NCBI GenBank assembly: GCA_017465925.1 | Contig: JAFTVC010000012.1 | Coordinates: forward strand, 2,525-66,524 | From: Clostridia bacterium | GTDB lineage: Bacteria; Bacillota; Clostridia; Christensenellales; UBA1242 | Direction: 5' to 3' | Length of the DNA: 64,000 nucleotides | In this document: in pieces, positions 60,647-64,000 of the stretch | Layout of the letters: every line of letters starts with the position of its first letter | Position numbering within the stretch: position 1 is the first letter of the stretch | Translations under genes and position numbers: made by a program | The notes under the pieces: model-generated | The model's input: the letters and a program-made list of their open reading frames with translations, nothing else | Database searches by the model: none | Told to the model about the DNA's origin: nothing

Positions 60647-61977
60647 AACATTAATTTAAGTTCATTTATAATTTCTATATTCAACCTTTCAAAGAATATA
60701 TAATCTTCATCTTTTGTATTGTTTGGGTACGCATGTAAAATTAATTCTCTCAATTTATGTAAAACTTCTAACGGTGTTGTATTAGTTAGTGTTTTATAAT
60801 CAGACTTGCTTACATAAGTAATTTCATGTGCAACCTTATTTCTTATACTATCTTCTACACTTCTTAAAAGTTTTAAAGTGTTTAGAACCTTTTCATTACA
60901 ACCAAAATGTTCATATAAATCTATTAAATGTTTTGTTGCTAAAAAAGTATCATATTTAACTTCATTTAAAACATCACTAACATCATTATCTTTAATCTTA
61001 TCTAGAATTAGCCTTAAACCATTATTTGTTTTTATAGTAATTTTACTTAAATCAAATACATCACTTACAAGCTTTTTAGACAACAAATATAAAATTGGAG
61101 TTAGCCTAACAGTAAAATCAGTTATTAAGTTTTTCTTTTCTTTTATTTGCATTACATTATAAGAATTTAAAATATTTCTTAAATCAGTATCAGAAGTACT
61201 ATTACAATAAAAATTTGCAATTTTGCATTTAGTTTTTACATTCTCAAAATCGCTATTTTGATATTTATTACCTATCCCACATAAATCAATTAACTTTGCA
61301 TCTATTTCAAATGTTTCTTTTTCTAACTCATTTAAAGCATAAAAATAATTATAATCTTCCACAAAAGATTTTACTTTTAAATAGCAAGAAGACTTCCTAA
61401 AAGTTCTTAACTCCACTTCTCTACATCTATTTGTATAAGTATCTACATAACTATCAAAAACATTTATTAACGCATTCTCTTCAACACCGCTTGAATGTGG
61501 AACATTTGCATTAGACTTCTTTTCAGGTGTTGTAACCTGTATTGCCTTCATCTTTCTATTATTTACTACTAAATCAAGACATAAAGTTGATATAATTTGT
61601 GGAGTACCAGATGTTATATTTACATAATATTCACAATCTCCATTTTCGCCAACTATACCATCTATAATATTAGTAAACACTTTAAATGCTTCAAAGTTTG
61701 ATGCATCTTCAACATATAATCTTTTAGGTATTAATTCAAATTCTTTATGATGTCCTTCATAAAGTCCTTTTTCATTTGCAGATATGCCTTTGTATAACTG
61801 ATTTAAGCAATTTAAGTATCTATTATCTTCAAGATGCCTTTTGTACATTTCTTCTGTTAATAAAAGATATATTTTATCAGGCTTATATTGTCTAGAAATA
61901 TGCAAAAGTGGACCATCATATCCGTTTCTAATTGGGTCAGTATCACCAATAGGTGAAATTAAAATTATTTTTTTCAT
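60634..61977 (-). CDS. csm6: Csm6-family CARF-HEPN ribonuclease (type III CRISPR ancillary, cOA-activated)
   Basis: 447 aa from MKKIILISPIGDTDPIRNGYDGPLLHISRQYKPDK, very close to my recollection of the streptococcal Csm6 N-terminus. CARF motif NITSGTPQ and C-terminal HEPN RNKVAHE (Rx4H). Start at 61977 is preceded by AAAGGA. The track ORF is extended into the degenerate repeat. Confidence 0.85.
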   Translation of the reverse strand: MKKIILISPIGDTDPIRNGYDGPLLHISRQYKPDKIYLLLTEEMYKRHLEDNRYLNCLNQLYKGISANEKGLYEGHHKEFELIPKRLYVEDASNFEAFKVFTNIIDGIVGENGDCEYYVNITSGTPQIISTLCLDLVVNNRKMKAIQVTTPEKKSNANVPHSSGVEENALINVFDSYVDTYTNRCREVELRTFRKSSCYLKVKSFVEDYNYFYALNELEKETFEIDAKLIDLCGIGNKYQNSDFENVKTKCKIANFYCNSTSDTDLRNILNSYNVMQIKEKKNLITDFTVRLTPILYLLSKKLVSDVFDLSKITIKTNNGLRLILDKIKDNDVSDVLNEVKYDTFLATKHLIDLYEHFGCNEKVLNTLKLLRSVEDSIRNKVAHEITYVSKSDYKTLTNTTPLEVLHKLRELILHAYPNNTKDEDYIFFERLNIEIINELKLMLKSN

Positions 61978-62015
61978 ATTTATTCCTTTATAATTAGATA
62001 TTTTTAAAATAAATT

Positions 62016-63287
62016 TCACATTTCCAATATGGTTGGATTAATATAAACTTCTAGTGTGAAGTAATGAACTATTTAGTATTCATCCAATATGGTTTGATTA
62101 GTATTGAAATGAAGTTCCATTATGATGCTAATGGAGCAAAGTATTCATCCAATATGGTTGGATTAGTATGCAAGAATGTTTAACGATGCTTACAAAAGAA
62201 ACCATAGTATTCATCCAATATGGTTGGATTAGTATGATAGTGGCGATAGGGGTTGTTGGGCAAGCAATAAACGTATTCATCCAATATGGTTGGATTAGTA
62301 TTTATTGATTTTTTACTCATTATCTACCTCTCTTTCTTTGTATTCATCCAATATGGTTGGATTAGTATGCTGTTAAGTAGTCCCTACCAATAGAGCCTGT
62401 TTTAAGTATTCATCCAATATGGTTGGATTAGTATAAAATAATGAAGTACTACAAAATTCAAATTGTAGACAGTATTCATCCAATATGGTTGGATTAGTAT
62501 AAAATAATGAAGTACTACAAAATTCAAATTGTAGACAGTATTCATCCAATATGGTTGGATTAGTATTAAGAGAGGCGTTGGTGTGTATTATGAGGGCACA
62601 AGAGTATTCATCCAATATGGTTGGATTAGTATGTAAGAAAAACAGAAAAAGTAAACGAGAAATCATAGTCGTATTCATCCAATATGGTTGGATTAGTATC
62701 AACAGAGAAGATGCTAAGTACAAACTTTATTTGTGTATTCATCCAATATGGTTGGATTAGTATGTAATAAATAACAAAAAAATCCACATTGATTATAGAC
62801 CGTATTCATCCAATATGGTTGGATTAGTATTTAAGTCAAGCCTACTAATAGCTAATTGCTCAGTGAGTATTCATCCAATATGGTTGGATTAGTATCATGG
62901 AAGGCATTGATTATTTCTTCTGTGTCAGTCATGTATTCATCCAATATGGTTGGATTAGTATAGAGAAGTATTTGACCAAAATGACATTGAATATTAGTAT
63001 TCATCCAATATGGTTGGATTAGTATAGTAATTTTCTAAATGAAGAAATGAAAGGTTATTCTGTATTCATCCAATATGGTTGGATTAGTATTCAAAGTGCT
63101 GGGGGTTAAAAATTACAAAAATTAATGTATTCATCCAATATGGTTGGATTAGTATGAAGAAGACTTTTCACTAACAAGTGGCAGTGTTATGGGTATTCAT
63201 CCAATATGGTTGGATTAGTATTGATGTAACGGATGTGATTGATAACTATGCAGTTTTAGTATTCATCCAATATGGTTGGATTAGTAT
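62016..63287 (-). CRISPR. CRISPR array: 19 canonical and 1 degenerate 29-nt repeats, 19 spacers (18 of 35-38 nt, plus a terminal 31-nt one)
   Basis: Plus-strand repeat is GTATTCATCCAATATGGTTGGATTAGTAT with internal stem ATCCAA/TTGGAT. Repeat starts: 62016 (degenerate), 62076 (1 mismatch), 62141, 62207, 62273, 62340, 62406, 62472, 62538, 62604, 62671, 62735, 62802, 62867, 62933, 62997, 63062, 63127, 63193, 63259. Minus-strand transcription is inferred from three things: decay at the 62016 end, cas1-cas2 and the AT-rich leader at the 63288 side, and a minus-strand repeat ending ...GGATGAATAC. Confidence 0.97.
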
Positions 63288-63313
63288 AGGAAAAAATGAA
63301 ACATTTTCCTTTA

Positions 63314-63341
63314 ATTTTAATATTTTAGGAAGTTTATGCAA
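63314..63341 (-). promoter_or_regulatory. Candidate leader promoter for the array
   Basis: Minus strand reads TTGCAT-N16-TAAAAT, ending about 26 nt before the first repeat. The -35 lies inside repeat module Y. Confidence 0.3.
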
Positions 63342-63474
63342 GCACAAAAACTTGTTTTTGTATTTGATATAAACGACGCCTAATTCAAACTGTGATGCAC
63401 AACTTGTTGTGGTGGTTGCGGTACGCAACACAAAATTAAACTTTTTTAATTTTATCATCACATAGTTTCTATTT
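63322..63474 (-). repeat. Modular hairpin repeat, locus D (inverted copy of locus C: arm + Z + linker + Y)
   Basis: The reverse complement of 63327-63431 matches the Z-Y core 41546-41650 with 4 mismatches. The arm aligns more loosely, with an indel. One Z-core mismatch falls in the loop of the GTTGCG/CGCAAC hairpin. Confidence 0.85.
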
Positions 63475-63568
63475 GTGAATACTTTCTTAAAAAAAACTAT
63501 CACTTCCACTTTAAATCATCTGTCTATCCCCTACTATTATACCATATTTATTGATAGACTGCAAATAT

Positions 63569-63847
63569 TTAAATAATATTTATTTTTGAATATTCATCAT
63601 TTTGTGTTAAACTTTTACGGACAATATTTTTCACATTTTTAACACATAAAATATCACACTTATCTTTTTTTCGCAAAATCATTTTTAAATTAGTTGCCAA
63701 TTCTTCAATAATAGGCTTTGATAATTCCCCAATAAAAATAGATTTTTGCAACTTGTACAAGTATCTTTTACATATTTTATGGACTTCGGTTAAAATTTTA
63801 CTCCCCTTTTCATCCATTACAATATCATACGCTACTATAACCAACAT
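63569..63847 (-). CDS. cas2: CRISPR-associated endoribonuclease Cas2
   Basis: 92 aa. MLVIVAYDI N-terminus. Position is between cas1 and the array. Confidence 0.88.
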   Translation of the reverse strand: MLVIVAYDIVMDEKGSKILTEVHKICKRYLYKLQKSIFIGELSKPIIEELATNLKMILRKKDKCDILCVKNVKNIVRKSLTQNDEYSKINII

Positions 63848-63850
63848 AAA

Positions 63851-64000
63851 TCACCACCACATAACAAAACCTTTATAAGCACATTCACCTTTTACATATC
63901 TAACCAACTTATACAATTCTTCTCGTATAAGGTATCTGTAACTAATATTTCTTTTTAATTTTCTATGGTAAATGGTTTCATTTATTTTATTATCCCAATG
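63851..64000 (-). CDS. cas1: CRISPR-associated endonuclease Cas1 (C-terminal 49 codons; continues beyond the window)
   Basis: Hand translation gives ...HWDNKINETIYHRKLKRNISYRYLIREELYKLVRYVKGECAYKGFVMWW*. This resembles a Cas1 C-terminus (SY..LIR.E.YKL...L.GE..Y..F...W). The stop lies 3 nt before the cas2 ATG. Confidence 0.75.
   Translation of the reverse strand, partial: HWDNKINETIYHRKLKRNISYRYLIREELYKLVRYVKGECAYKGFVMWW

Noticed and set aside
62373-62760. Track ORFs 62373..62723(-) and 62551..62760(+), with reiterated NPTILDEY / FIQYGWISI peptides
   Set aside because: The periodic peptides are translations of the 29-nt CRISPR repeat in phase-shifted frames. They are not genes.
62016-63474. 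Type II system with a tracrRNA hidden in the leader-side repeat element
   Set aside because: The repeat is 29 nt, not ~36. No anti-repeat complementary to CCAATATGGTTGGAT is present in 63288-63568 or 61978-62015. The neighbouring ancillary gene is csm6, not cas9.
63178-63509. Track ORFs 63178..63372(+) and 63246..63509(-)
   Set aside because: They span CRISPR repeats, the leader and the Z-Y hairpin repeat. The same 'protein' segment would recur at 41.5 and 28.7 kb only because the DNA repeat recurs.

Overview
AT-rich (~30% GC) chromosomal segment from an endospore-forming, low-GC Firmicute (Clostridia-like). About 90% is conserved core, mostly on the minus strand. In coordinate order: nusB, an Asp23 gene, the full spoIIIAA-AH operon, efp, the truB/nrnA/rbfA/infB/ylxQ/ylxR/nusA/rimP operon, a plus-strand SRP RNA convergent with ftsY-smc-rnc-plsX, rpmF, yloV/yloU, rpmB, pdp, hslO, trmK-sigA-dnaG, a Ca-type P-type ATPase, yajC-tgt-queA-ruvBAC, the dcw cluster from mraZ to spoVE/ftsW, and ung, nth and alr. 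Accessory content: (1) The right end carries a CRISPR locus on the minus strand: cas1 (partial), cas2, leader, then 20 repeats of 29 nt with 31-38 nt spacers. A Csm6-type CARF-HEPN gene starts 38 nt past the degenerate terminal repeat. No effector genes are inside the window. (2) A family of modular hairpin repeats (modules called V, W, X, Y, Z here) occurs at four loci: ~24.05, 28.3-28.8, 41.5 and 63.3-63.5 kb. One copy is demonstrably split by insertion of two other modules. A 150-nt composite copy abuts the CRISPR leader. (3) A small accessory island at 28.2-31.2 kb holds those repeats, a 51-aa ORF, a 214-aa Cys-containing protein and a 421-aa helical orphan. (4) A decayed 3' remnant of an FtsW/SpoVE gene lies beside an HExxH peptidase gene at the truncated end of the dcw cluster. 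All protein calls come from motifs, length and synteny read by eye. No database search was run.
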